A stretch of DNA of 64,000 bases, from assembly GCA_963777605.1 (NCBI GenBank), contig CAVZRV010000031.1, forward strand, positions 352,001 through 416,000, written 5' to 3'. Source of the DNA: an uncultured Acidobacteriota bacterium (GTDB taxonomy: Bacteria > Acidobacteriota > UBA6911 > RPQK01 > JAPXNP01). This document shows positions 28,264 through 37,331 of the stretch, piece after piece (position 1 is the stretch's first letter; each line of letters begins with the position of its first letter). The notes beneath the pieces were generated by a model. The model was given only the letters and a program-made list of their open reading frames with translations. It ran no database searches and was not told the origin of the DNA. The position numbers and the translations under genes were made by a program.

Positions 28264-29340
28264 TCAGTCGACCGACTGCAAGGCAGCCGGACCGTTCACG
28301 GATTCTCCACACGCCCGAAGAGCCATGACGGAAAATGCTGTTCCAGGATTGGAGACGTAGTGCTTCTCATCTTTTTCCATTGAAGGTGTGAACCACCTGC
28401 CACTGGCCCGCTGGTTCCCTTTCAGCCAATTGATCCCCTTTTGAATCCTCGGATCCTGGGCCGGAACCCCGGCCGCACGCAATACATAGATCACGAAGCC
28501 GGTTCCATACCCGTCACTGGTCGCAAAATTCTGAGGCGATCCATCAGCTCGTTTCCAGTTCCGGCCAAGCGTCGCCAACCCCCATCCCCCGTCAGGCTGC
28601 TGAGAAGCAAAAAGCGCCTCGACGGTCTCGTCACGACTAGCCCTGTCCATAATCCCGCTGACATGGAGCGAAGCCAGCAACCGCATTGCACGGTTGTGCA
28701 GGTTCACTGGTGGGTTCTCCCGAAGATAGGATCGTATGCGCTGAAGGCCTTTCCGCGCCCGGGGTGTTTCGGCATACCCACCGGGGGCGAGGCCAACGCC
28801 GAGTGCAGCCATGGTTACGCCATAGTCGTCGTCAATCTCAGAAGGAGGCTTGTTGTTGTGAATCCAGTCCCATCCTCCGTCATCTCGTTGCGATTCCCAC
28901 ATACGAGCCAAAGCCAAGCGTGTTGACGAGTCGAGCACTCCTGAGGTGCGGGAATCGTACATGGCCAGAACCGAAGCTACCATCACTGCTTCCGCGGGCA
29001 TAAACGTCGATTCTCTAGGATGGACGGCAAGGTTCCTTGCTGCTTCGAGCACCGCCTGTTCTGCAGGGCCAGCGGTCGAAACCATTGACCGTACCATCAG
29101 CAATGAATAGCTTGCGTGACAGGAGAGGCAAGTGTTCTCCCGTCCCCATCGCAGGGCCTCATCGTCCAGCGCTTCCAGCGCCGCCTCAAGCGAGAACGTC
29201 TCCCTGAGAGGTTCATCGGGACGGTTCTCGACTTCCTGGTCCGATGCTTCCGTGCGGGCGGAATGAAAAACCGACAACGGGGAGAAACTCAGAAAAGCCA
29301 GCCCAGCCAGTATCAAAAAAAACGACCGCCGCACAATCAT
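28264..29340 (-). CDS. Secreted prenyltransferase / squalene-hopene cyclase-like single-barrel protein
   Basis: QW repeats QRDDGGW, QQPDGGW, QRASGRW; CLSCH; SDGYGTGF; signal peptide. Confidence 0.85.
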   Translation of the reverse strand: MIVRRSFFLILAGLAFLSFSPLSVFHSARTEASDQEVENRPDEPLRETFSLEAALEALDDEALRWGRENTCLSCHASYSLLMVRSMVSTAGPAEQAVLEAARNLAVHPRESTFMPAEAVMVASVLAMYDSRTSGVLDSSTRLALARMWESQRDDGGWDWIHNNKPPSEIDDDYGVTMAALGVGLAPGGYAETPRARKGLQRIRSYLRENPPVNLHNRAMRLLASLHVSGIMDRASRDETVEALFASQQPDGGWGLATLGRNWKRADGSPQNFATSDGYGTGFVIYVLRAAGVPAQDPRIQKGINWLKGNQRASGRWFTPSMEKDEKHYVSNPGTAFSVMALRACGESVNGPAALQSVD

Positions 29341-29467
29341 GATGTCTGTACCAATACTAGCTCTAATCAAGTGCGGCGCATATCCCTGTCACACAAGGGT
29401 GAGCAGCGCAAGTCAATTGGTTTCAGGATGCCTCCAGGAGTGGGATCATAAGCGCGCCAAGACAGGG

Positions 29468-30328
29468 TCAGTGGATCTTTTCCAAGTGTTCGGCTGCCCT
29501 CTGAATTGACACCTCGGAGGTCTCAACTTCACTCAACACCTCTCCGCTACCAGAGGCCTCGTTCCGACCGATTTTGACGAGTCTTCGGAGGTCGGCTTCA
29601 ACACCTTGCAGGACTCGCAAGACTCTTCCATCTATGGCTGGAGGAGCCGGTTTCTGGGCCTCGATCAACGTGGCGTCCGTCTTCCTGAACCACTCGGCTT
29701 GCCCGAAAAGTTCACCTCTAATTGACTCCCATTCTGAGCGGGCGCGACTCAGCTCGGGAATCCCGTAGCCAACGCCAAGCTCCTCGTCGACCCTGGCGGA
29801 CCAGAGAAAGATCCGTTGGCCCAGTTGCTGCCGAACTGCATGTGGGTCAGTTGTTCGGATCTTTTCGGCGAGCAACCGAGCGGCACGTTCCAGCCTGGAA
29901 ACGTCCTCGAGTCGGATTGGAAAGGATTGGTAAAGAACGCTTTCCACTCCTCCAATTTCAGTCCGATAGCTCTCGGCATGGAGTCTGGCCAGACCACCGA
30001 TAGAGCTTTTATTGTTGAGACCCGGCAAGTCACCGACCTCGACGATGTCGTTCGCGAGACTGCCCACTTCACCTGACTGATCCAGTGGAACCCCGACATT
30101 GAAATACCAGAGCGCGGCAAGAATCAGAACAATAAGTAGTGCGACAGGCGCCATACGATGCAAGGACCGGTTTCCCGGGCCAGAGGATGATCGACTGCGC
30201 ATGCAAAGCGCACATCCGGGCAATGACGGGTTGTAGTGCAGGCCGTGGAGTTCACAGTAGGCCGCCTGCAGTCCTGAATCCAAAAATCGCTCGTCTTTCC
30301 TTTCCATTCTTGTCCGCCGGTCAGTCAA
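29468..30328 (-). CDS. Hypothetical membrane-anchored protein with N-terminal Cys/His cluster
   Basis: 286-aa ORF; CELHGLHY...GCALC, then one TM helix and a helical domain. Confidence 0.6.
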   Translation of the reverse strand: MTDRRTRMERKDERFLDSGLQAAYCELHGLHYNPSLPGCALCMRSRSSSGPGNRSLHRMAPVALLIVLILAALWYFNVGVPLDQSGEVGSLANDIVEVGDLPGLNNKSSIGGLARLHAESYRTEIGGVESVLYQSFPIRLEDVSRLERAARLLAEKIRTTDPHAVRQQLGQRIFLWSARVDEELGVGYGIPELSRARSEWESIRGELFGQAEWFRKTDATLIEAQKPAPPAIDGRVLRVLQGVEADLRRLVKIGRNEASGSGEVLSEVETSEVSIQRAAEHLEKIH

Positions 30329-30605
30329 TCCGGAAGCAACTTGTTGAACAGGCCATGAACCTGCATCTAGCTTCTAATCGGCGAGAAGTCGGCAATGCTT
30401 GAGAAACAGGTCAGAAGTCCTTGTTGTTTTCTGAATTGGGATTTGCCGGAGAATCACTTCAACACACACTGCTGATCCTCATTTGCGCCACGATCAATCG
30501 CAAATCAAGCCGAAGACGGTCGGCAATCTGGTCAGATACTTTAATTACTGGCGGGGCCATCCGGAATAGAGAAAAGGAAGCCTGCGGTCCAGGATTGGAT
30601 TTGAA

Positions 30606-32558
30606 ATGCGCCATTATTCACTACTCTGGTTTGTCTTATGCTCGTTGGTCGCATCCGTGCCGGCTCAGGAGAAGGTTGACGTGCACCCTTCCCGGGGAGT
30701 TGCCGGAAACTTCGGTACCTGGCGCGTGATTTACACGGTCGGCCGGGAAGGTATGGACAAGGGAGGAGGTATTCGGGTTCAGCTTCCCGATTCATGGCAC
30801 GCCGGACCAAGGAACTCCGCCAATGCCCTTCAGGCCACCAAACCATCAGAAGATCACTACGTGGCGGCCTATTCTTCGAATCCAAGCGTTTCCCTTAAGG
30901 TCGAGGTCGAGGGAGAGAGCGACGATATTCTCGTCAAGAGCGCGCGTCTGGGACTCGACAACCGGCTGGAACGCTATGTTTTCGTCGTCCGAGTTGAGGT
31001 CCAATCCGGTCAACTGGGAGAGGGAGACCAACTCGCAGTCGTCTACGGGGACACCACCGGTGGAAGCCGGGGGATGAGAGCTTCGGTGATTTCCACTGAG
31101 CCGGAGCCGATCCTGGTTGCAGTTGACCGGGCGGGGACCGATGATTGGGAATTGTTGTCGGACTTGCCGACGATTCAGTCGATCTCCGGACCGGCCCACG
31201 AACTGAAGATCGTTGGCCCCTCTCAGGTTGTGGTGGGACAAGATTCGCCCCTGAAAATTGCGATCGTCGACGAGAACGCCAACCCTGTCTCAGGATTTCA
31301 CGGATCCATCGAACTGAAAGTCAGCCAGGGTTCTGCCGACATCCCAACAAAGACCGCGGTCGATTTCGCAAATGGCTGGGGGAAACTGCCCTTCACCGCC
31401 CGGAAAGAAGGAATCATCCGGATCTCGGCAACAGCGCTGGACGGCCTGCTGGAGGCCGACTCCAATCCGATTCAGGCACTCGAATCCATGCCTCGAGAGC
31501 GGATCCTATGGGGAGACCTCCATTCCCACAGCCATTACAGTTGGGATGGAGTGGGACATCAGCCGTTCGATTATGCCCGATACGTTTCGGGACTCGATTT
31601 CTACGCGCTGACCGATCACTCCCAGGCACCCAAGGACGGGCACAGTCGAGGCCTCGGATTGCCCGTGTGGGATGAGTACAATTCGCTGACCGAAAAGCAT
31701 TATGCCCCAGGTGAGTTCGTTACCCTTCACGCCTACGAGGTTTCGTTTGGAGCCCCATACGGACACCACAATGTCTTCTTTCGGGGCAGCCCCGGAGAGC
31801 TCGTGCCAGTCGACGGCACTACGCTTCCACAGCTCTGGCAGGCCCTGGTCAAAGGCGAAGCACTGACGATTCCCCATCATACGGGGAAGTTTCCCAGCCC
31901 GGTTCGGTGGGACGTTCAAGATCCGGAACTTCGGCGCAACATTGAGATCTACTCCGCCCACGGTCTCAGTGAAGCGTACGATCCCTCTCATCCCCTGGCC
32001 TTTGAACAGAGTCACTTCACCTCGCCGGCTCGTTCTGTAAAACTACCCCAGTTTGCCCAGGACGCCTGGATTCGGGGCCTCGAACTGAGCGCCATCGCGT
32101 CATCGGATGACCACCGGTCGCAACCGGGGCAGTCTCACTGGGGCCTTGCCGCAGTTCAGGCTCGCGACTTGACCCGGGAGGCCGTCTTCGACGCCCTTTA
32201 CCAGAGGAAGACCTACGCCACGACCGGCGTGCGGACGCTGTTGGACTTCACCGTCAACGGCACACCCATGGGGCAGCGGGCTCAGACCTCAGATTTGCCC
32301 CTGCTCCATTTCGAAGCGCACGGGGAAAGCCCAATCGAAACCGTCGAAATACTGCGGTACAGCCCGTCGGACGGGGCCTTCAAAGTCATTTTCCGGGTAG
32401 AACCCAACGCCCTGGATGTAGTGTGGACGGCGCGTGATCACGGTTTTCGGGAGAATTCCATCTACTACCTCCGGTTGAAGGAATCGAAATGGGTCAATGG
32501 CCGCCCAAGCATGGCCTGGTCAAGCCCGATTTGGGTTGATCAGGCACACAAGGAGTGA
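30606..32558 (+). CDS. Secreted PHP-like metallohydrolase (DUF3604 / CehA-McbA-like)
   Basis: WGDLHSHSHYSWDG, ALTDH, GHHNV, IPHH, EIYSAHG, SSDDH, R.TYATTG, AWSSPIWV. Confidence 0.88.
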   Translation: MRHYSLLWFVLCSLVASVPAQEKVDVHPSRGVAGNFGTWRVIYTVGREGMDKGGGIRVQLPDSWHAGPRNSANALQATKPSEDHYVAAYSSNPSVSLKVEVEGESDDILVKSARLGLDNRLERYVFVVRVEVQSGQLGEGDQLAVVYGDTTGGSRGMRASVISTEPEPILVAVDRAGTDDWELLSDLPTIQSISGPAHELKIVGPSQVVVGQDSPLKIAIVDENANPVSGFHGSIELKVSQGSADIPTKTAVDFANGWGKLPFTARKEGIIRISATALDGLLEADSNPIQALESMPRERILWGDLHSHSHYSWDGVGHQPFDYARYVSGLDFYALTDHSQAPKDGHSRGLGLPVWDEYNSLTEKHYAPGEFVTLHAYEVSFGAPYGHHNVFFRGSPGELVPVDGTTLPQLWQALVKGEALTIPHHTGKFPSPVRWDVQDPELRRNIEIYSAHGLSEAYDPSHPLAFEQSHFTSPARSVKLPQFAQDAWIRGLELSAIASSDDHRSQPGQSHWGLAAVQARDLTREAVFDALYQRKTYATTGVRTLLDFTVNGTPMGQRAQTSDLPLLHFEAHGESPIETVEILRYSPSDGAFKVIFRVEPNALDVVWTARDHGFRENSIYYLRLKESKWVNGRPSMAWSSPIWVDQAHKE

Positions 32559-32575
32559 CTGGCAGCTTCTATGCC

Positions 32576-33901
32576 TCAAGGCCGCGGCGTTCCTGCGCCT
32601 GTCTGAAGGTTTGACGGCCTCGAGTCCTGCGCGAAACGGTTGATGAACTGGATTGCATTCGAGACCCCGTCTTCTGTTTGGATCAACCGGCCAATGCGTT
32701 CCACTTTCTCACGAATCGAATCGTTGGTCGTCACTTCGCGAATCGCGGCAGCCAGGTTTCCGACAGTCAGCTTCTTTTGGGCAATTGGCGGAGTTCCGGC
32801 GCCGAGATCCTCAATTTTCTTTCCCCAGAACGGTTGATCGCCGAATAGAGGGCAAATGATCGCCGGACGACCCGCTCGCAGTCCTGCCGCGGTCGTTCCG
32901 CACCCCCCGTGGTGTACAACTGCGTCTACCTTGGGAAAAAGCCAGTCGTGAGGAGCGGATTCAATCACCAAAACGTCTTTGGATGACTGTGTTAATGCTG
33001 GGGCCAGCCCACCCCACCCGCGGGCAATGATCGCACGGACGCCGGCTTCTTCGACAGCGCGCAAGACGAGTCCGGTCAGTCGGGAGGGGTCACTTCCGAA
33101 TATACTTCCAAACCCGAAGTAGACCGGAGGTTTTCCGCGGGACAGAAAATCTTGCAGTTCCGGTGAAGGATTCCATTCATCGGCAGGATCAAGAAACCAG
33201 TAACCCGTGACGGAGGCTGTCGAAGGCCAATCCGAGGGCTCCGGAATCACCCACTTGCTGAAAGCGTGCAACGCCGGGATCGGCTCACCGTTTGCCCTTT
33301 CCAGATACTTCCCGGCAGACCTTGCAGGAAGCCCGTTCGACAGTCTCCATTCGTTGGCGTATTTTCCGATACCCCACCAGGTTGCCTTCGAGACCACTCG
33401 ATAACTGAATCGATTGAACCAGGGTCCCATATGCAGGTTGGGAATGCCCATCGCTGGGAATTCTCCAGTCGGAACATACAGTGGCAAGTAGAAAGCGAAA
33501 ATGGAGCGCACATCGAGACGTTCCGCGAATTCCCTGGCAAAGAACGCCTTGGGATGGTACAGAATGAGGTCAGGCTTCGAGGCAGTTGTCGCTTCCCAAG
33601 AGTCCCGGATCTGGCGTCGCGCCATTGAACCCATCGAGGGCATCGTTCTGGCCGCGGCCCATAGCGTCTTTACCAGGTTGCCGGCCTTTTCCATTACCAG
33701 CTTTCCCGCTTCCGAATGCATGAACTCGATCAGGTCGTTGTTCAGGTACGCGTATTCGAGTCCATGCGCGGTGACGAAGGGTTTGAATTTGAGTGAGGTA
33801 CAGAGAGTGACTCGATGCCCTGCAGCTGAGAGACCCTTCCCAAGGGCCACATAAGGCTGAACGTCTCCCCGAGTCCCGATTGTGAGAATTAGAATTTTCA
33901 G
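32576..33901 (-). CDS. GT1 glycosyltransferase (sterol 3-beta-glucosyltransferase-like)
   Basis: GTRGDVQPY, TGYWF, YFGFGS, PHDWLF, HHGGCGTT, GDQPFWG. Start uncertain (CTG at 33901, or upstream ATG 33961). Confidence 0.93.
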   Translation of the reverse strand: MKILILTIGTRGDVQPYVALGKGLSAAGHRVTLCTSLKFKPFVTAHGLEYAYLNNDLIEFMHSEAGKLVMEKAGNLVKTLWAAARTMPSMGSMARRQIRDSWEATTASKPDLILYHPKAFFAREFAERLDVRSIFAFYLPLYVPTGEFPAMGIPNLHMGPWFNRFSYRVVSKATWWGIGKYANEWRLSNGLPARSAGKYLERANGEPIPALHAFSKWVIPEPSDWPSTASVTGYWFLDPADEWNPSPELQDFLSRGKPPVYFGFGSIFGSDPSRLTGLVLRAVEEAGVRAIIARGWGGLAPALTQSSKDVLVIESAPHDWLFPKVDAVVHHGGCGTTAAGLRAGRPAIICPLFGDQPFWGKKIEDLGAGTPPIAQKKLTVGNLAAAIREVTTNDSIREKVERIGRLIQTEDGVSNAIQFINRFAQDSRPSNLQTGAGTPRP

Positions 33902-34093
33902 ACGCTCATTCCTTTCGAAATCAGAAGGACGCCCCCGGTCAGCAAGACTATATGAAGGCAATCACGGGTCGTCAATCACCGGAAGGAGCGCGGGGGATCG
34001 ATCCGATGATCCAAGATCGACGGTTTCGTCTCTAGAGTTGCAGCGGCGCAACTGAGATGGTTCGATAGGAGTGACAAGAAAGGATCCACGCAC

Positions 34094-35158
34094 ATGAAGT
34101 ATCGCTATCTCGGCAACTCAGGACTACTCGTTTCCCGAATCTGCCTCGGCACGATGACTTACGGCATGGAGGGTTGGGGCTGCGACCGCACCGAGTCGAT
34201 CGCCATAACTCACAAGTTTCTGGACAACGGTGGAAATTTCATCGATACGGCGGACATGTACAGTGCCGGAGTTTCGGAAGAGTACCTCGGTGAAGCGATC
34301 AAAGAGGTGAAGCGGGACGACCTGGTGCTGGCAACCAAGTGTTGGTTCAGGATGAACGACTCAGCGAATGCCAAGGGTCTGTCACGAAAACACATTTTGG
34401 AGGCTGCCGAAGCCAGCTTGCGACGCCTTGGAACTGACTATATCGACCTCTATCAGGTCCACGGGCCTGACCCGTTTACTCCCCTTGAGGAAACGCTTCG
34501 CGCCCTTGACGACCTGATTCGCAGCGGGAAGGTCCGCTACGTCGGTTGCAGCAATTACTTCGGATGGCAGATCGCAAGAGCCGCCGGCTTGGCCGAACAC
34601 CTCGGGCTGACCCGATTCGTCAGCAGCCAGCACATGTACAACCTGCTTCGTCGGGACGTTGAGAGGGAGATCCTCCCGGCCTGCGCGAGTGAAGGTTTGG
34701 GAATGATTTGCTGGAGTCCGCTTGCCGGGGGAATGTTGACGGGCAAATATGTCGGCCAAGAGGAACCTCCTCCCGACTCCAGGGTCGGGTTGAGAGCCGA
34801 GATCGACCTCCCCAGGTACTGGAACGAAGAGAGCTTCCGAATCATCCGGGAAGTGATGGATATTGCGAAGTCGGAAGGACGGACTCCGGCTCAGGTTGCA
34901 CTTTCCTGGCTCCTCCAGGATCGCCGGGTCACGTCGGTAATCGTGGGAGCGCGCACTGTCTCGCAACTCGCAGACAGCCTGGTCGCCGGAGATTGGGATC
35001 TCTCCAGCGACCAGTATGAGACGCTCTCAGAGGTCGTTCCGTTTTCGGCGGGTTACCCCCAGGACTGGATTGAACTCGCCTGGGGAAACATCGCCGGGCG
35101 GGAAGAGTTTCCGCCCTGGTCCGCAACTATTGGGCCGAAATCTCGCCCTCCGCGATGA
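34094..35158 (+). CDS. Aldo/keto reductase
   Basis: LGNSGLLVSRICLGTM, IDTADMY, LGTDYIDLYQVH, GKVRYVGCSN, WSPLAGG. Confidence 0.96.
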   Translation: MKYRYLGNSGLLVSRICLGTMTYGMEGWGCDRTESIAITHKFLDNGGNFIDTADMYSAGVSEEYLGEAIKEVKRDDLVLATKCWFRMNDSANAKGLSRKHILEAAEASLRRLGTDYIDLYQVHGPDPFTPLEETLRALDDLIRSGKVRYVGCSNYFGWQIARAAGLAEHLGLTRFVSSQHMYNLLRRDVEREILPACASEGLGMICWSPLAGGMLTGKYVGQEEPPPDSRVGLRAEIDLPRYWNEESFRIIREVMDIAKSEGRTPAQVALSWLLQDRRVTSVIVGARTVSQLADSLVAGDWDLSSDQYETLSEVVPFSAGYPQDWIELAWGNIAGREEFPPWSATIGPKSRPPR

Positions 35159-36632
35159 TGATCTCGACGCGGCGGTTCTTCTGGCGCCCCGAGGCGGTCG
35201 AATTATCGGCCACCGGACGTTCCATCCCATACCCTTCAGTCTGGATTCGGGATGCGTCCACGCCCTGAGTTGACAGAAGATTGGCGACAGACGATGCCCG
35301 TTCTCGAGAGAGCCTGAGGTTGAATTCAGCCGAACCGGTGGAATCGGTGTGCCCCTCCACCCGGACGTTCAAATCGGTCATCATGAGCAGGATGCCAGCC
35401 AACTTGGCGAGAACAATCTGGGCATCCGGCTTGAGGGTAGCCTTCCCGACGTCGAAGAGGATGTCGGGAAGGTTTACGATGTAACCTCTGGCGGAATCTC
35501 TAGTATCGGCAACCTTGGAAAGAGCGCCCTGGAGTCGACCCTGCAGAGTTTCCTTCTCGGTTTCCAGGTCCTTCATCGACGCCCGCATTTGCTGGATAGA
35601 CGCCTGCATCTGCTGCATCGACTTGGCGGCTTCCTCCTGCTGACGCCGGAGGTTACCCAGTTCTCCTTCGAGTTGAGATCGCTGATCCTGAAGATTCTCA
35701 ACCTGCGAGGTCGCATCTTTGAGACTGGCCATGGTCTCTTCCCGTTCCCGGGTTGTCTGAGCCAGCTGTTCCTCTGCCTCTTTGGCGCGGGATTCGAGCG
35801 ACTCCATTTTCGCCTGTCGCTCAGCAATCTGCTTCTCCAATTCTTCAAACGCGATCTGGCGTTTGGTCACCCGAATCGCCTCGTTCGAAGATGCCACCGA
35901 ACTCCGAGAGTAACGCTGTGCCCCGTCCTTACGGTTCCGTTCGTACATCTGTGTCGCCTGAATAAGGGCGATCTGGGCCTGCCGGTAAAGGGAAGCGGCA
36001 TAGTGCTCGGCGTTCAGACCCTTGGCAAGATCAAACACCCGTTCCGCCTGAACCAGTTCGAGGGGTTTCTTGCCGTCATACTTGACGTCGCCAACCGATT
36101 CGATCCCATACTTGGGCGCCGGACCGAGGTCATTGAAAACCACCGCATCGGCCATAACTGGCGGGTCTGCCTTGGGAGCATTCGAGAAAACGACCAACTC
36201 GGAAGGTCCGTCAACCTGGTAATAGGATTCCGCTGTAACAAGCACAGCGAAATTCCGCAATCCGGTCGAGAACTCGAGAGTTTGACCGCCTCCACCCGAA
36301 TCAACCGTCAACTCTCCCAGGTTCTGAGCTGCACCATCTCGATTAACTGCCCAGACGACGTAGCAGGTGACATCGCCTCCAAATAGGACAGCCGGTTTCA
36401 AGTTCTGGAACTTCAGTTCAATCCAGGACTGCCCGTTTTCGATTTTGACTTTGCCTTCCATCCGGGCACCGCCCACTCGTCGTGTGGGAAGCATGTCGAA
36501 CTTGACGTCACGCTTCTCATCAAACCTGAGGGCCTGCAGCGTAATGGAATCCGCAGCGAACATGCTCGAGGCAACAGCAATCATCTGAAATACGAAGAAT
36601 GCGATAAGGCTCTTCTTTAAATAAGTCACCAT
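35127..36632 (-). CDS. OmpA-family protein with long coiled coil
   Basis: Signal peptide, Q/E/K-rich coiled coil, DILFDVGKATL, VEGHTDSTG..NLRLSRERA, NRRVEI. Confidence 0.93.
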   Translation of the reverse strand: MVTYLKKSLIAFFVFQMIAVASSMFAADSITLQALRFDEKRDVKFDMLPTRRVGGARMEGKVKIENGQSWIELKFQNLKPAVLFGGDVTCYVVWAVNRDGAAQNLGELTVDSGGGGQTLEFSTGLRNFAVLVTAESYYQVDGPSELVVFSNAPKADPPVMADAVVFNDLGPAPKYGIESVGDVKYDGKKPLELVQAERVFDLAKGLNAEHYAASLYRQAQIALIQATQMYERNRKDGAQRYSRSSVASSNEAIRVTKRQIAFEELEKQIAERQAKMESLESRAKEAEEQLAQTTREREETMASLKDATSQVENLQDQRSQLEGELGNLRRQQEEAAKSMQQMQASIQQMRASMKDLETEKETLQGRLQGALSKVADTRDSARGYIVNLPDILFDVGKATLKPDAQIVLAKLAGILLMMTDLNVRVEGHTDSTGSAEFNLRLSRERASSVANLLSTQGVDASRIQTEGYGMERPVADNSTASGRQKNRRVEIIIAEGEISAQ

Positions 36633-36779
36633 GGTAATTCCTCTCTAGTCGCCGGCTGAACACATCAGCCAAGCGCACCGATAGAATACGTGTCCAATGC
36701 GACTACGGATTCACACCGGAAGCAACTGGATTTCAGCTGTTGCCGCATAACCTGAAACTCATTTGGGATGAGTTCCTGT

Positions 36780-37073
36780 TTCCTGGTTTCTCGTTCCTGG
36801 AGGGAGAGTAATCCAGGCAGTCCTGCCTGGTATGGCGGCCGGGCAGCTTGCCCGGCGGAAGTGAACATTCTCAATCCAGGATTCTTGATTTCCGGTTTGT
36901 TCTGAAACGCCGCACCGGACTGAATCGCACTTTCAGTGCTGCATTGCCGTCTCGGCTCCCATTCCCGGGGCGTTGCCGCCGGGCTGAAAATGACCCTGCG
37001 CCGTTGGCGCGCTCATCTGGCGATGCTTCACCGGTTTCACTCTGCGGATGATCTCCACAGCGCCAAGGGGCGG
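36780..37073 (-). repeat. ~300-bp dispersed structured repeat, copy A
   Basis: Reverse complement of 47337-47637 with long identical runs; several hairpins. Confidence 0.92.
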
Positions 37074-37097
37074 AACTGACTTGCTTGCCGGGAAATC

Positions 37098-37126
37098 CGG
37101 GAGCAACCAATTGCCGGTTGCTCCCG
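37098..37126 (-). terminator. Hairpin downstream of the pyrophosphatase operon (possible terminator)
   Basis: CGGGAGCAACC-7nt-GGTTGCTCCCG, 20 bp after the stop at 37146; U-tract weak. Confidence 0.55.
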
Positions 37127-37145
37127 CCAGTCTCAGGACGCAATC

Positions 37146-37331
37146 TCAACTGCCCAACGATTCGGATAGTTGAGAGACAACCTTGTTGAGCACATCCTCC
37201 TGGGCCCTCAGTTTTTCGCGAAAATCCATGAGGTCGGTTGCGGATATTTCCATCCGCAGATCGGACAGGTAACCGTTCAATACCTCTTTCAGGACCGCAG
37301 CGTCCTCGGGTGACAACTTGAGTTCGATCAT
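37146..37331 (-). CDS. Small helical hypothetical protein (61 aa) coupled to the pyrophosphatase gene
   Basis: ATGA overlap with the upstream stop, AGGAG RBS; MIELKLSPEDAAVLKEVLNGYLSDLRMEISATD..FREKL. Confidence 0.8.
   Translation of the reverse strand: MIELKLSPEDAAVLKEVLNGYLSDLRMEISATDLMDFREKLRAQEDVLNKVVSQLSESLGS

Noticed and set aside
36665-36874. Shared small ORF MF(T/A)SAGQAARPPYQAGLPGLLSLQER in both 300-bp repeats
   Set aside because: Three of five differences are synonymous, but that is too few to be meaningful. There is no clear RBS and the copies do not share a stop.
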